Positions 44,598 through 55,816 are shown, counted from the stretch's first letter. The stretch is DNA of 64,000 bases from Candidatus Wolfebacteria bacterium (GCA_016214005.1 JACRPK010000006.1:17719-81718), one strand, 5' to 3'. The notes: generated by a model from the sequence alone, not told the origin. Translations and numbers: made by a program.

Positions 44598-47500
44598 ATG
44601 ATTTTTTTAAAAAAAACAATTAAATCGATTTTCATATTTTTGATGATTTTTGGCTTGGCATTTTCTAATTTGCCTTATGACGCGGCAATGTTAGCGTTGC
44701 AATCTTATGTTAAAAATCGCAATGTTGTCGATAAAATCTGGCTGACTAGTAATGACACAAATGTGGTTGATAAATTCGTGCCGTTTGAAAATGTAATCAG
44801 AAATTTGAAAATTAAAGACGCTTTGGCTGTGTCAAACGGCGATGGCAAGATATTTTACAGCATTTCCGCCAATGCCACCCCGAGTACGCGCGATTATATT
44901 TCATCAACCAATACTTTTAATGTGGCAGCAACAACGGTTGCTGGCGTAACAGCTTTGCAGGCGGTAACCAAGGCGTCGCCGACGCAAGACGAAATGATCG
45001 CCGGTTATGTGAATTCAGCCGGCACTTTGCAGGTAATGTGCTGGAATGGCGCTACGTGGAGCAACGAATGGTCAGTAGCGGTTGGCGGTACAGGAACAAC
45101 TAGAAGATTTGATATTGCTTATGAAACTAATTCCGGCGATGCGATGGTGCTTTATTCTACGAACGTCGGCACTACAAATGAACTTGCTTATCGCACAAAG
45201 CCTGGGGCATCAGTTTGCGGAAGCGCAAATTGGTCAGCAGCGACGAATCTTGATCCAGTGCGAACAACAGGCATCGTGCATTGGGTAAAAATGGCTTGGG
45301 ATAGGCGAGCGGCTCAAAATTTAATCACTGCTATCTGGGCGGACGCTAATGCCGGCCTTTCGGCAATGGTCTGGTCGGGGACCGCATGGGGGAATGAGCC
45401 GACGGCTGCGCTTGAAACAGCTTTGGAAATAGTTGCCGCAGGACAAGATGTTGAGTCGTTTGACGTGGAATATGAATCGCTTTCCGGCGATGTAATGATA
45501 GTGCGCGGGTCTGGGGGAACAAATGGCACAAATGGAGGATATTATTCGGTTTGCACGGGCGGAACATCCACTTGCGTATGGGGGACTAGAACCGCAATGC
45601 CGACTATTTTAGACGATGTTACTCATCTTGATATTTCCGCTGATCCGAATTCCGATTCAATTCTTTTTGGCGCGATTGGCAATGCTGGGAGTGACTTATC
45701 GATAGGCGTTTGGTCGGGATCTGCGTGGACTAATACCGCCAATGCAGATATATCTTGCGCTACGCCTCTTGCGGGAACAAAATTTGTTTCTACCGGCTGG
45801 CTTATTTCAGGCGCCAATACCAGAGGAGTGTTGGTTTATTATGACTCGGCAGCCACAAACATTGGTTGGATGACCTTAAGCGGCACCACTTGGACCGCGC
45901 AAACTGACTGGGCCCCGACTCCGGTTTTCGGCGTTCAAAAAAATTATGATATTAAAATGGACCCGATTAACAAAGACAGGTTGATTTTTACCGTTAATGA
46001 TGCCAATTCTGATATATTTGCCAAACGTTTGATCTTATCGGGCACAACATTTACATGGTCTAATGCCGACGGCGGAGTAGCGATTGAAGCCAATACCGGT
46101 TCAGCCGCATATAAAACTTTTGATTTTGAATATAATAGATATATTCCAGCGCCGTCAGCATCTTTAACAATTGGCGCGACAGCCGGTTCTAAGACAATAA
46201 ATTTGGATTCCGGCGCAGCCAGCCAATATGCGAACACGACAACTTGCAACAGCGCGGCGACTTGCAGCGCGTTCACGCTTTTATTAAATACCGGATCAGA
46301 AACAATCACTTCAATAAAAATTACGGAAACCGGCACTGCTGACGCGACAAACAATTTGGCAAATCTTGCTCTTTTTTATGACACTGACGGCAATTATTCC
46401 AATGGCGTGACCGGTCAATATGGAACAACGGTTGCGGCGTTTACGGCTGAAGCGGCAAATGTTTCCGGATCTCTCGCGATTTCCGCTGGCACCACTTATT
46501 ATTTTTATGTTCGTTTTGATTTGGCAAAAACCGGAACATATCCTTCGGGAGGACAGACAATAAATTTTCAGATTGCGGCTAATGCCGATGTCGGCACATC
46601 CGGCGCTCCGACAAAAACCGGCGCTCCGGCAACTTTGGCAGGCGCAACAACTATCAGTCCGAATGCTACGGGAATTACTTATACAACCGGCGGCGACGGA
46701 GGAATATCCGGAAGTTCGGCAACAATTTCCGGCTATGGTTTCGGAACACCGGCAGCAGGAGCGGCCCGCGAAGATTGCGCAGCCGCGACAGTTAATTATG
46801 GCTGTGTGAAATTTATTGTTGGCGGAACAACCAATGTGGCAAACGCCAATATTTCTTCTTGGGGTAATACGCAAATTGTTTTTAGCGTGGCAACTAATTT
46901 GGTAACAGAAGGCGGAGCCAGCGCTGTTGAAGTGAGAGCCGCCAATCAAGCTGACGCAACGCCGCTCACTTATTATGTTTATCCGAATATCACATCCTTG
47001 ACTGTGCCAACGGCTGTGGCTAATGCGGCTCGGGAATATTCAGCGTCTGATTCTGAAGGAATTTTTACCGCCAATGGAGATCATTTTGGATCTGCTGGTT
47101 CAGTAACAATTTTAGGCTCAACCGCTACTCAACAGACAACAGCTGCTTGCGCAGGCAGCGCTTATCAAACGACTTGCGTCGGGTTGCAAGCGCCGACAGC
47201 TATTGCTGATAATTCTTATACTGGAAATATTGTTTTAACGAGGACATCGGACTCAAAAACAAGCACTTACGCTGGCTTTAGGATTTTGCCGCGTATTGTC
47301 AGTTTAAATCCTTCTTCGCAGTCTGTTGGATCGGCAATAGAAATTATTGGTAATCATTTATGTCAAAATGGAGGGGTTTGTCCTTCGGCTTTTGACGCAA
47401 ACAATAAAGCCACTTTTTATAATGCGGTTGACGCAACAGCATTAAATTCCTGGACTAACGGCGATTCTCTTCTTACCGGCATTAATGTTAATGTGCCGAC

Positions 47501-48665
47501 TGGCGCGCAAACCGGCAATCTTATAATTAAATCAAATGGCTATGACTCAAACGCAGCGGCTTTCAGCCTTCTTTCGACAATTCCCAGCGATCCAAATGTT
47601 TCTGGAAATAGGCAATATCAATCTGATAATTCAACAATAATTTCTATCGGCGGATATGCCAGTAGCAGTTCGGTTATTTTAAAAGCCGATATTAGCGCCG
47701 GATTAAATATTAATATGGCTTTGCAGGTTGAAGTTCAATCGGTTGGCGCGGCTTTTACTTGCGGAGCGGGAAATTGCGCCAGCGCTGTTGAAGGAACGGT
47801 TGTCGGCGGCGGAGCTTGCACGCTTTGCACTTCTCTTTTAAACGCTAAAATCACTTTAACCGGAATTTCTGACGGGCAAAAACATTGGCAAGCTCGAGTA
47901 AGAAACACGACAACAAATGAATATTCTAATTGGGCAAGTTTTGGCGCGAATGCTGAATCGGTTGCGGATTTTATAATAGACACTGCGGCGCCCGTTATAA
48001 CTGGTCCGTCATCAAGCAATATTCTGTCAAATTCCGCTACCATAAGCTGGACAACCGGCGAATCGTCTGACACGCGCGTTCAATACAATAAAACAGGAAG
48101 CTTCGGCGCTTGTTCAACTGACTGCACAACAATAACCGATGCGGTTCCGCCGGGATCGACTAATCATAGCGTTAATTTGAGCAACTTGGATTCAGCAACA
48201 ACTTATTATTATCGCGTTCGCTCAAAAGATGCGGCTGGCAATGAAGCGATAAGTTCTGTGAATAATTTTATAACTGTCAGCGTTGGCAATCCGGCGAAAA
48301 CAACAAAATTTTATATTGCCGGCGTCGCTGGATCAATTACAGCGGCAAGCACAGCCTCATCAACTTTTTCTGTTTTGGCGCCTGAAACATCGGCAACTGT
48401 TCAGGGGGCTTTTGTGGAGATCTCTGGCATATCCAATAGCGGCGGAACTAATAATATTCAAGTTTGGGTTAATTCTCAGGCCACGAAAACTTATGCGATA
48501 AACGCATCATCTAAAACATTTTTTAGAATTATTTATTACGTGTCTTCGGGAAATTTGAATCTTAATGATAGCCCGACAATTAATGTGTTTTATATCAGTC
48601 CGCAAAATTATAATATTTTTATAACATCGGCAAAGGTCATCACAACATATACTTACGCGCCGTAA
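44598..48665 (+). CDS. very large secreted surface protein (1355 aa) with Ig-like repeats and C-terminal fibronectin type III domain
   Basis: Signal peptide. Thr/Ser/Gly/Ala-rich beta repeats. FN3 signature …ISWTTGESSDTRVQYNKTGSF…TTYYYRVRSKDAAGNE. Confidence 0.6.
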   Translation: MIFLKKTIKSIFIFLMIFGLAFSNLPYDAAMLALQSYVKNRNVVDKIWLTSNDTNVVDKFVPFENVIRNLKIKDALAVSNGDGKIFYSISANATPSTRDYISSTNTFNVAATTVAGVTALQAVTKASPTQDEMIAGYVNSAGTLQVMCWNGATWSNEWSVAVGGTGTTRRFDIAYETNSGDAMVLYSTNVGTTNELAYRTKPGASVCGSANWSAATNLDPVRTTGIVHWVKMAWDRRAAQNLITAIWADANAGLSAMVWSGTAWGNEPTAALETALEIVAAGQDVESFDVEYESLSGDVMIVRGSGGTNGTNGGYYSVCTGGTSTCVWGTRTAMPTILDDVTHLDISADPNSDSILFGAIGNAGSDLSIGVWSGSAWTNTANADISCATPLAGTKFVSTGWLISGANTRGVLVYYDSAATNIGWMTLSGTTWTAQTDWAPTPVFGVQKNYDIKMDPINKDRLIFTVNDANSDIFAKRLILSGTTFTWSNADGGVAIEANTGSAAYKTFDFEYNRYIPAPSASLTIGATAGSKTINLDSGAASQYANTTTCNSAATCSAFTLLLNTGSETITSIKITETGTADATNNLANLALFYDTDGNYSNGVTGQYGTTVAAFTAEAANVSGSLAISAGTTYYFYVRFDLAKTGTYPSGGQTINFQIAANADVGTSGAPTKTGAPATLAGATTISPNATGITYTTGGDGGISGSSATISGYGFGTPAAGAAREDCAAATVNYGCVKFIVGGTTNVANANISSWGNTQIVFSVATNLVTEGGASAVEVRAANQADATPLTYYVYPNITSLTVPTAVANAAREYSASDSEGIFTANGDHFGSAGSVTILGSTATQQTTAACAGSAYQTTCVGLQAPTAIADNSYTGNIVLTRTSDSKTSTYAGFRILPRIVSLNPSSQSVGSAIEIIGNHLCQNGGVCPSAFDANNKATFYNAVDATALNSWTNGDSLLTGINVNVPTGAQTGNLIIKSNGYDSNAAAFSLLSTIPSDPNVSGNRQYQSDNSTIISIGGYASSSSVILKADISAGLNINMALQVEVQSVGAAFTCGAGNCASAVEGTVVGGGACTLCTSLLNAKITLTGISDGQKHWQARVRNTTTNEYSNWASFGANAESVADFIIDTAAPVITGPSSSNILSNSATISWTTGESSDTRVQYNKTGSFGACSTDCTTITDAVPPGSTNHSVNLSNLDSATTYYYRVRSKDAAGNEAISSVNNFITVSVGNPAKTTKFYIAGVAGSITAASTASSTFSVLAPETSATVQGAFVEISGISNSGGTNNIQVWVNSQATKTYAINASSKTFFRIIYYVSSGNLNLNDSPTINVFYISPQNYNIFITSAKVITTYTYAP

Positions 48666-48668
48666 TTT

Positions 48669-49331
48669 ATGAACAAAAAAATAATTTTATTTATATTGGT
48701 TGCAATAATTATTTTAGCAAGCGCTGGAATTTATTTTGGTTTGCCTTCGAAGTTATTTAAGCGCGTTGAAATATTAAAAAACGGAGGAGTGGTTGTTGAG
48801 GAAAATTTGGTTATTCCGGATACGAAAAAAATCAGTTTGATTGAAAGCAGAATTGTCACGGCCGGCAATTTTGAAACGACTTTAATGCCAAAAAATGACG
48901 GAGAAAAAATTATTGTTTCAGGAGCGGTTTTAACTATTAAGGGAAGCTATGAAGTTTCGATTGTTGAAGCAAAAAAGTGGGCGAATGACGCCAAATTGGT
49001 TTTTATCAAATCATTGGGGGCCGTAAATTTGGAAGGAAAATCAAGCGAATGGCAGGCAATTTTTGGTTCAAAAGAAAAAAAGAAAGGATATGAAATAATT
49101 ATTCAGGCCGATAAAATAGTTTCGCAAAAAGAAATTGAATCGGAATTGGGCGGATTTGATTTGCCACAAATTTGGCAAGATTCCGGATTTGCCGTAGCTG
49201 CTTTGCAGGCGCTTCCGCAATTTTCTGACGCGACAATTTCGTCAATAACTTTTTATTATAGCAATGATGCTCAAAAGTGGGGATACGCTTTTGCCACTTC
49301 CAAAGGAACGACATCTATGTATGCGAGGTAA
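48669..49331 (+). CDS. hypothetical protein with N-terminal TM, 220 aa
   Basis: ORF directly downstream of the large surface protein. Confidence 0.45.
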   Translation: MNKKIILFILVAIIILASAGIYFGLPSKLFKRVEILKNGGVVVEENLVIPDTKKISLIESRIVTAGNFETTLMPKNDGEKIIVSGAVLTIKGSYEVSIVEAKKWANDAKLVFIKSLGAVNLEGKSSEWQAIFGSKEKKKGYEIIIQADKIVSQKEIESELGGFDLPQIWQDSGFAVAALQALPQFSDATISSITFYYSNDAQKWGYAFATSKGTTSMYAR

Positions 49332-49340
49332 AATTGAATT

Positions 49341-50287
49341 ATGAATTTTGATTTAAGAAAAAATCAAAAAAAAACGTTAATTTTTGCGATTTCCGCGGCA
49401 ATTTGTTTTATTTTTTTGGCGGCAATAAATGTTTTTGCCGTTAATAATCAGATCAAAACCACCGAATCATTCATCATCGGCTCAGACGTTCAAATTTCAA
49501 CAGCCACTAATGCCGCTGTCAATCTTTACATCGGCGATAATCTGGCGGGCATCACCAATCCGGTAAAATCAGTTTATTTTATTATCTCCGGAATATATAC
49601 AGACACCGGCGCTGGCGGAACATTAGAATTCAAAATTAACGATAATCCTTCTTCTTCCAAAATATTCACTTTGCCGACAGCGGGGACAACACCCACTCCT
49701 TTTGAAATAATTTACAAAGACGATTCAAATACAATCAATTCAACTTCAGCCGGAAGCTATGCTTATACTCTCAACATTATTCCCACCAATATCACTATTT
49801 CCAGTTTGAGCGGGAAAATGGAGGAGACGCAATCACTATTTCCAGTTTGAGCGGGAAAATGGAGGAGACGCACAGATATAAGCCGCCATCTTGCGGCATA
49901 GGCTATCAGCCAACTGGCACAATTGAATCTTCGGTTTTTGACACTGGCGCGGCAAACGGTGTTGGATTTAATTTTATAATGGCGTCCGGCACCACGCCTT
50001 TTGGCACAAAATTCAGAGCGCAAATTGCCACATCAAATAATTCCAGCGGACCGTGGAATTATTTAGGTCCAAGCTGCACAAACAGCGATTATTATTTTGA
50101 TGCCGGATTTGCTCCTTTTCCTGGAATAGGGGATTCTCCTGCAACGGCTGAAATTGGCTGCCAGAATAATCATAATAATAAAAGATATTTTAAATATAAG
50201 ATTATTCTTTGTTCTGCTAACGATTGTGTTAGTCAAGGAACAGATACGCCCCAGATCGATAAGATTATTATAAATTGGTCTCCATAA
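49341..50287 (+). pseudogene. secreted protein gene split by a 41-bp perfect tandem duplication (49791..49831 = 49832..49872)
   Basis: The two ORFs (49341..49850 and 49847..50287) are contiguous once one repeat copy is removed: …NITISSLSGKMEETHRYKPPSCGIGYQ…. Confidence 0.6.
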
Positions 50288-50402
50288 TTCTTTCCGAGTT
50301 TTTCCCCTTGACATTCTATGGGTATTTAAGTTCTAATCAATATAGAAACTTTCAATAAAAAATAAGAATTGTGAAAAGCATTTTCAAAGCAAGGAGGAAC
50401 TT

Positions 50403-50789
50403 GTGTCTGATATAAAGATTCTTTTTGTTGATGATGACGAAATGCTTCGTATGATAATTCCTTCCTGTTTAAAAGGAGTTTTTGGAGGAAAATATCAGGT
50501 AATTTGCGCCGCAGATGGTTTTGGGGCGCTGGAGATTGTTAAGAATGAAAAAGGTATTCGGCTTGTAATCACTGATTGTGATATGCCGAAAATGAATGGC
50601 CTTGATTTGGATGCTAATATTGAAAAATATTATCCTGATATCAAAGTTATTATGATGTCAGGAATGCACCACGAAGAAGATATAGCAAACCGCGGACTCC
50701 ATTGTTATTTTATTTTAAAAGGAATTGATGGCGATAGAAAGCTCTGCGATGCAATTCGGGAATTATTGGAAAACACGCCGGCGGTCTGA
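50403..50789 (+). CDS. stand-alone response-regulator receiver domain protein (GTG start)
   Basis: ILFVDDDE…D…ITDCDMPKMNG…K. RBS AAGGAGGAAC. Confidence 0.65.
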   Translation: MSDIKILFVDDDEMLRMIIPSCLKGVFGGKYQVICAADGFGALEIVKNEKGIRLVITDCDMPKMNGLDLDANIEKYYPDIKVIMMSGMHHEEDIANRGLHCYFILKGIDGDRKLCDAIRELLENTPAV

Positions 50790-50831
50790 CCGCCGGTTTT
50801 TCTTTTGTTTTTTTGGAGTTATAATTTAAAA

Positions 50832-52577
50832 ATGTTAAATCGCGAGCTTGCCAAAATTTTTCGCAATATGGCGTTTTATCTTGAAATGGAAGGTGTTTCT
50901 TTTAAACCGCAGGCTTATGAAAAAGCGGCTGATGTAATTGAGTCTTTGTCGCAGGACATTGAAAATGTTTATAAATCCGGCGGTTTGAAATCTTTGGAAG
51001 AACTTTCGGGAATCGGGAAAAACATTGCGGCTCATATTGAGGAATACATAAAAACCGGAAAAATAAAAAATTATTCGGATTTTAAGAAAAAAATTCCAGT
51101 TGATATTGATGAGCTTTCGCAGGTTGAAGGTTTGGGTCCAAGAAAAATAAAAGCTCTTTATTCCGAATTAAAAATCAAAAATTTAATTGATCTTGAAAAA
51201 GCGGCAAAGCTTGGGAAAATAAGGAATTTGCCGCAATTCGGCTTGAAAAGCGAAATAAATATTTTAGAAAGTTTGGAGTTTTTAAAAAAAAGCAGGGGCA
51301 GATTTTTGTTGGCGGAAATTTTACCAGTAGCCGATAAAATCATTGATAATCTTAAAAATTTAAAAGAAATCAGAAGAGATGTCTTGGAAATTTCTTTTGC
51401 CGGATCTTTAAGGCGCAGAAAAGAAACTATCGGCGATGCGGATATTTTAATTGCCGCTGCAAATCCCGCGGCTTCCAGAAAAATTATTGGCAGCTTTTTA
51501 AAATTTCCCGGAATTGCAAAAATTTGGGGCAAGGGCGAAACAAAAATCTCCGCAAGAATGGAGGATGGCTTTGACATTGATATCAGGATTTTAGCGCAGG
51601 AAAGTTTTGGCGCCGGACTTCAATATTTTACCGGATCAAAAGAGCATAATATAGTTTTGCGTAAAGCCGCCATTGGAAAAGGGCTAAAGCTCAATGAATA
51701 CGGGCTGTTTAAGGGGAATAAAATGATTGCCGGCAAAACGGAAAAAGAAATTTATCAGGCTTTAGGTATGGATTATATAGAGCCGGAACTTCGTGAAAAT
51801 AGCGGCGAAATTGAAGCGGCGTTAATCGGAGAATTGCCGAAATTGATAAATAATAAAGATATTTTGGGCGATTTGCATATTCACTCAAATTGGAACGGCG
51901 GAGAAAATTCAATTGAAGAATTGGCAAAAGAAGCCATGGGTATGGGTTATCAATATATTGGCATTTCCGATCATACGAAATTTTTAAAAATTGAAAACGG
52001 GCTTGACGAAAAACAATTGGAAAAGCGAAATAAAGAAATTGACAGGCTCAATTCGGGATTTAAAATTCAGGATTCAGGATTCAGGATTTTGCGGGGCTGT
52101 GAAGCGAATATAATGCCCGATGGCTCAATTGATATTAAAGATTCAGTTTTAAAAAAATTAGATTATGCGATTGCGGGAATCCATCATCAAATGAAAATGA
52201 ATGAAAATGAAGTGACAGAAAGAATTATTAAGGCGATGAAAAACAAAAATGTTGATATTATATCCCACCCAACCGGAAGAATTTTAAAAGCTCGCGAGGC
52301 TTATGAAATTGATTTTGATAAAATTTTGGAAGCTGCCAAAAAAACCGGCACAATTTTAGAAATTAACGCATATCCATCAAGATTGGATTTAAACGATATC
52401 AATATCAAAAAAGCCAAACAAATGGGCGTAAAAATGATAATTAATTCAGACGCTCACGAAAAAAGCCAAATGCGATTTATAGAATACGGCGTTTTTCAGG
52501 CGCGCCGTGGCTGGGCAGAAAAAAAAGATATTGTTAATTGCTGGCAGATTGACAAGTTGAAAAGATTTTTTAAGTGA
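50832..52577 (+). CDS. polX: DNA polymerase X family protein with C-terminal PHP domain
   Basis: HhH motifs, Pol-beta nucleotidyltransferase GSLRRRKETIGDADILIA, PHP histidines (DLHIHSNWNGG…). Confidence 0.8.
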   Translation: MLNRELAKIFRNMAFYLEMEGVSFKPQAYEKAADVIESLSQDIENVYKSGGLKSLEELSGIGKNIAAHIEEYIKTGKIKNYSDFKKKIPVDIDELSQVEGLGPRKIKALYSELKIKNLIDLEKAAKLGKIRNLPQFGLKSEINILESLEFLKKSRGRFLLAEILPVADKIIDNLKNLKEIRRDVLEISFAGSLRRRKETIGDADILIAAANPAASRKIIGSFLKFPGIAKIWGKGETKISARMEDGFDIDIRILAQESFGAGLQYFTGSKEHNIVLRKAAIGKGLKLNEYGLFKGNKMIAGKTEKEIYQALGMDYIEPELRENSGEIEAALIGELPKLINNKDILGDLHIHSNWNGGENSIEELAKEAMGMGYQYIGISDHTKFLKIENGLDEKQLEKRNKEIDRLNSGFKIQDSGFRILRGCEANIMPDGSIDIKDSVLKKLDYAIAGIHHQMKMNENEVTERIIKAMKNKNVDIISHPTGRILKAREAYEIDFDKILEAAKKTGTILEINAYPSRLDLNDINIKKAKQMGVKMIINSDAHEKSQMRFIEYGVFQARRGWAEKKDIVNCWQIDKLKRFFK

Positions 52578-52594
52578 TTTATAATTTGTAAATT

Positions 52595-52981
52595 ATGGAA
52601 AAGCCATTAGTTTTAATTATTGATGACGAAGCTGATATACGAGATGCTTTAAGCCTAAAATTAAAAGCTTCGGGTTTTAATGTCCATGAAGCTAATAATG
52701 GAGAAGAGGGAGTCAGATTGGCTAACGCTTTAAAGCCGGACATTATTATTTTAGATGTGGTGATGCCGATTATGGACGGCGTAACTGCGTTTTTTAAAAT
52801 GAAAGAAAATGACAACTTGGCAAATGTCAAATTTTTCTTTTTTACCGGCAAGGGAGATTCGCGGGAAAGGATTATTGAAATTAACAGAAAATTTGCCAAA
52901 GGCAGCGGGGCAATAGATTTTATCAGGAAAGAAACTGATTTGGATGAATTAGTGGGGAAACTTAAAATGTTTTCAAATTAA
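52595..52981 (+). CDS. stand-alone response-regulator receiver domain protein
   Basis: LIIDDEADIRD…D…ILDVVMPIMDG…K. Confidence 0.65.
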   Translation: MEKPLVLIIDDEADIRDALSLKLKASGFNVHEANNGEEGVRLANALKPDIIILDVVMPIMDGVTAFFKMKENDNLANVKFFFFTGKGDSRERIIEINRKFAKGSGAIDFIRKETDLDELVGKLKMFSN

Positions 52982-53026
52982 AAATAAAATGAGAAAGCCG
53001 GACTTTTTGAGTCCGGCCGTGAGATG

Positions 53027-53239
53027 TCATTCCTTGAAGCCCTTGAAGCCAAGGATACCAACCTTGAATTTTTTTCCCTCGTTGATGTTGTTGTAATGGT
53101 GCCTTGCAAAGGAGAATATGTCCGGGAATTCTTTCGTTGGAGTGAACGACACCCACCCCTTTCCCGGGTTATGTTTTTCTTTTTCAGGTGTTATTAACAC
53201 CAGATACTTCCCCGCTTTCGTTCCCTGCCCGTGATCCAT
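53027..53239 (-). CDS. hypothetical small protein, 70 aa
   Basis: GGAGG 7 nt upstream of ATG on the minus strand. Hairpin gccggactttttgagtccggc downstream acts as a bidirectional terminator. Confidence 0.4.
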   Translation of the reverse strand: MDHGQGTKAGKYLVLITPEKEKHNPGKGWVSFTPTKEFPDIFSFARHHYNNINEGKKFKVGILGFKGFKE

Positions 53240-53329
53240 AATATGTCCTCCTTACAATTTTAATGTTAACTTATTAAGTTGTTAATTTGCTAATAAAATA
53301 TTATAATCTATTAAAATAATTTTGTCAAT

Positions 53330-55816
53330 ATGAAGGATAAAATCATCATCAAAGGCGCGAAAGTGCATAATTTAAAAAATGTCAGTCTGGAAATTCCCAA
53401 AAACAAAATAGTTGTTTTTACCGGAGTTTCGGGAAGCGGAAAATCCAGCCTGGCTTTTGATACGATTTTTGCCGAAGGCCAGAGAAGATATATTGAATCT
53501 TTAAGTCCGTACGCAAGGCAGTTTTTGGGGCAAATGGAAAGGCCGGATGTTGATGAAATTATCGGGCTTTCACCGGCAATCGCCATTGACCAAAGAGCTC
53601 TTTCGCATAATCCGCGTTCGATTGTCGGCACGCTCACGGAGGTTTTTGATTATTTAAGAGTTTTATACGCCAGGCTCGGCGAAGTTTATTGTCCGCAATG
53701 CCAAACAAAAATTGAAAAACTTTCAATTGATGAAATGGCGGATATTATTATGACAAAAGCCAAAGAATTGCAAAGCGAAACAATTGAAATTTTATCGCCG
53801 GTAGTTATCGGCAGAAAAGGGGAATATTACCAATTGCTTTATAATTTTCTTTCGCTGGGATTTTCACAGGCGCGCATAGACGGCAAAATTATTTCACTCC
53901 ATGACAAGATAGAATTGTCGCGCTATAAGGCGCATACCATTGAAATTATTATTGATAAAATAATTTCAAATGATGAAGGTCGTTTGTTTGAAGCCATTGA
54001 AACTGCCATTGAATATAGCAAGGGATTAGTTATAGCGGTTTTGGGAAAAGAAGAGACCCTTCTTTCTTCAAAATGGACTTGTCCGAACGATAATTTTTCT
54101 TTTCCCGAAGTTGAGCCGCGCCTTTTTTCTTTCAACAGCCCCTATGGCGCTTGCGAAAACTGCCATGGTTTGGGGAAAACCGATTTAATGCTTAAAACAA
54201 TCTGTAACATCTGCGAAGGCAAAAGATTAAAACCCGAAGCGCTTAATGTGAAAATCAAAGGTAAAAATATTTGGGATATTTCAAATTTAACAATAGACAA
54301 AGCTTATGAATTTTTATCAAATTATGAAAAAAAATTAAGCGAAAGGGACAAAAAAATTGCGGAAAATATTTTGAAAGAAATTTTAGGCAGGCTTAATTTT
54401 TTGCTTGAAGTCGGGCTTGATTATTTGTCTTTAGGCAGGGAAGCGGAAACATTATCCGGCGGCGAAGCGCAAAGGATAAGATTGGCGTCGCAAATCGGCT
54501 CGCAACTTTCAAACACTCTTTATGTTTTAGATGAGCCGACAATCGGACTTCATGAGCGTGACACCGAGCGCTTGATTAAAACATTGAAAGCTCTAAATAA
54601 TCAAAATAACACTTTGATTGTTGTTGAACATGACGAAAAAACAATTCAGGCGTCGGATTATTTGGTTGACTTGGGGCCGATGGCCGGCCGGCATGGCGGT
54701 GAAATTATGGCAAGCGGAGCAATTAAAGATTTACTTAAAAACAAGACGGAATCTTTAACCGTTCAATATTTAAAAGGAGAAAGAAAAATTGAATTGCCGA
54801 AAGAAAGGCGCTTAAAAGCAATGGAAAAAATAAAAATTATCGGCGCCCGGGCGAATAATCTGAAAAACATTGATGTTGAAATTCCATTGAGAAAATTGGT
54901 GTGTTTTACCGGAGTTTCCGGAAGCGGAAAATCTTCTTTGATGTATGATGTTTTATATGAGAACCTCGCGCTTTTAAAAGCTCGCTTTAATGAACCTCTT
55001 AAAAACGCCAGTAAACTTTTGGGAAGCGAATATATTGATAAAATCGTGATGGTTGATCAATCACCCATAGGCCGCACGCCGCGTTCAAATCCGGCGACTT
55101 ATACCGGAATTTGGAGCCCGATCAGGGATTTTTACTCTTCCTTGGAAGAATCGCGCGCCAAAGGATTTTCAGCTTCAAGATTTTCTTTTAATGTTGCCGG
55201 AGGAAGATGCGAGGCTTGCCAGGGAGCTGGGTCTAATTTAATTGAAATGCATTTTTTGCCGCCGGTGATGGTTCAGTGCGATGTTTGCCGCGGCAAAAGA
55301 TTTAACCGCGAAACTTTACAAATAAAATACAAGAGAAAAAATATTCACGATATTTTAGAAATGACGATTGACGAGGCGGTGGATTTTTTTGACGGCATAT
55401 ATCTGATAACCGACAAGCTGAAAGTTTTGCAGGAAGTCGGACTCGGCTATCTTCAACTTGGTCAGTCAGCTACAACGCTTTCCGGCGGTGAAGCGCAAAG
55501 AATAAAACTTGGCCGCGAGCTTACGCATCCTTTGGGCAAGCGGGCGATTTATCTTCTTGATGAGCCGACGGTCGGACTTCATTATCATGATGTTGAAATG
55601 CTTTTGAAGGTTTTAAATAAATTGGTTGATAAAGGGAATACGGTTATTGTGATTGAACATAATATGCATATAATCCAATCCGCTGATTATGTGATTGATT
55701 TAGGGCCGGAAGGCGGGGCAGGCGGAGGGAAAGTGGTTGCCAAAGGAACGCCCGAAGAAATCGCTAAAAATAAAAATTCATGGACAGGCGCATATTTAAA
55801 AGATTATTTAAAATAA
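53330..55816 (+). CDS. uvrA: excinuclease ABC subunit A (short 828-aa form)
   Basis: Two ABC ATPase modules (GVSGSGKSSL twice), zinc-finger Cys pairs, LSGGEAQRI signature. Confidence 0.9.
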   Translation: MKDKIIIKGAKVHNLKNVSLEIPKNKIVVFTGVSGSGKSSLAFDTIFAEGQRRYIESLSPYARQFLGQMERPDVDEIIGLSPAIAIDQRALSHNPRSIVGTLTEVFDYLRVLYARLGEVYCPQCQTKIEKLSIDEMADIIMTKAKELQSETIEILSPVVIGRKGEYYQLLYNFLSLGFSQARIDGKIISLHDKIELSRYKAHTIEIIIDKIISNDEGRLFEAIETAIEYSKGLVIAVLGKEETLLSSKWTCPNDNFSFPEVEPRLFSFNSPYGACENCHGLGKTDLMLKTICNICEGKRLKPEALNVKIKGKNIWDISNLTIDKAYEFLSNYEKKLSERDKKIAENILKEILGRLNFLLEVGLDYLSLGREAETLSGGEAQRIRLASQIGSQLSNTLYVLDEPTIGLHERDTERLIKTLKALNNQNNTLIVVEHDEKTIQASDYLVDLGPMAGRHGGEIMASGAIKDLLKNKTESLTVQYLKGERKIELPKERRLKAMEKIKIIGARANNLKNIDVEIPLRKLVCFTGVSGSGKSSLMYDVLYENLALLKARFNEPLKNASKLLGSEYIDKIVMVDQSPIGRTPRSNPATYTGIWSPIRDFYSSLEESRAKGFSASRFSFNVAGGRCEACQGAGSNLIEMHFLPPVMVQCDVCRGKRFNRETLQIKYKRKNIHDILEMTIDEAVDFFDGIYLITDKLKVLQEVGLGYLQLGQSATTLSGGEAQRIKLGRELTHPLGKRAIYLLDEPTVGLHYHDVEMLLKVLNKLVDKGNTVIVIEHNMHIIQSADYVIDLGPEGGAGGGKVVAKGTPEEIAKNKNSWTGAYLKDYLK

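Noticed and set aside
45082-48501. Numerous small ORFs on both strands inside the 1355-aa surface-protein gene and inside uvrA/fusA
   Set aside because: They are nested in long, well-supported genes and have no independent signals.
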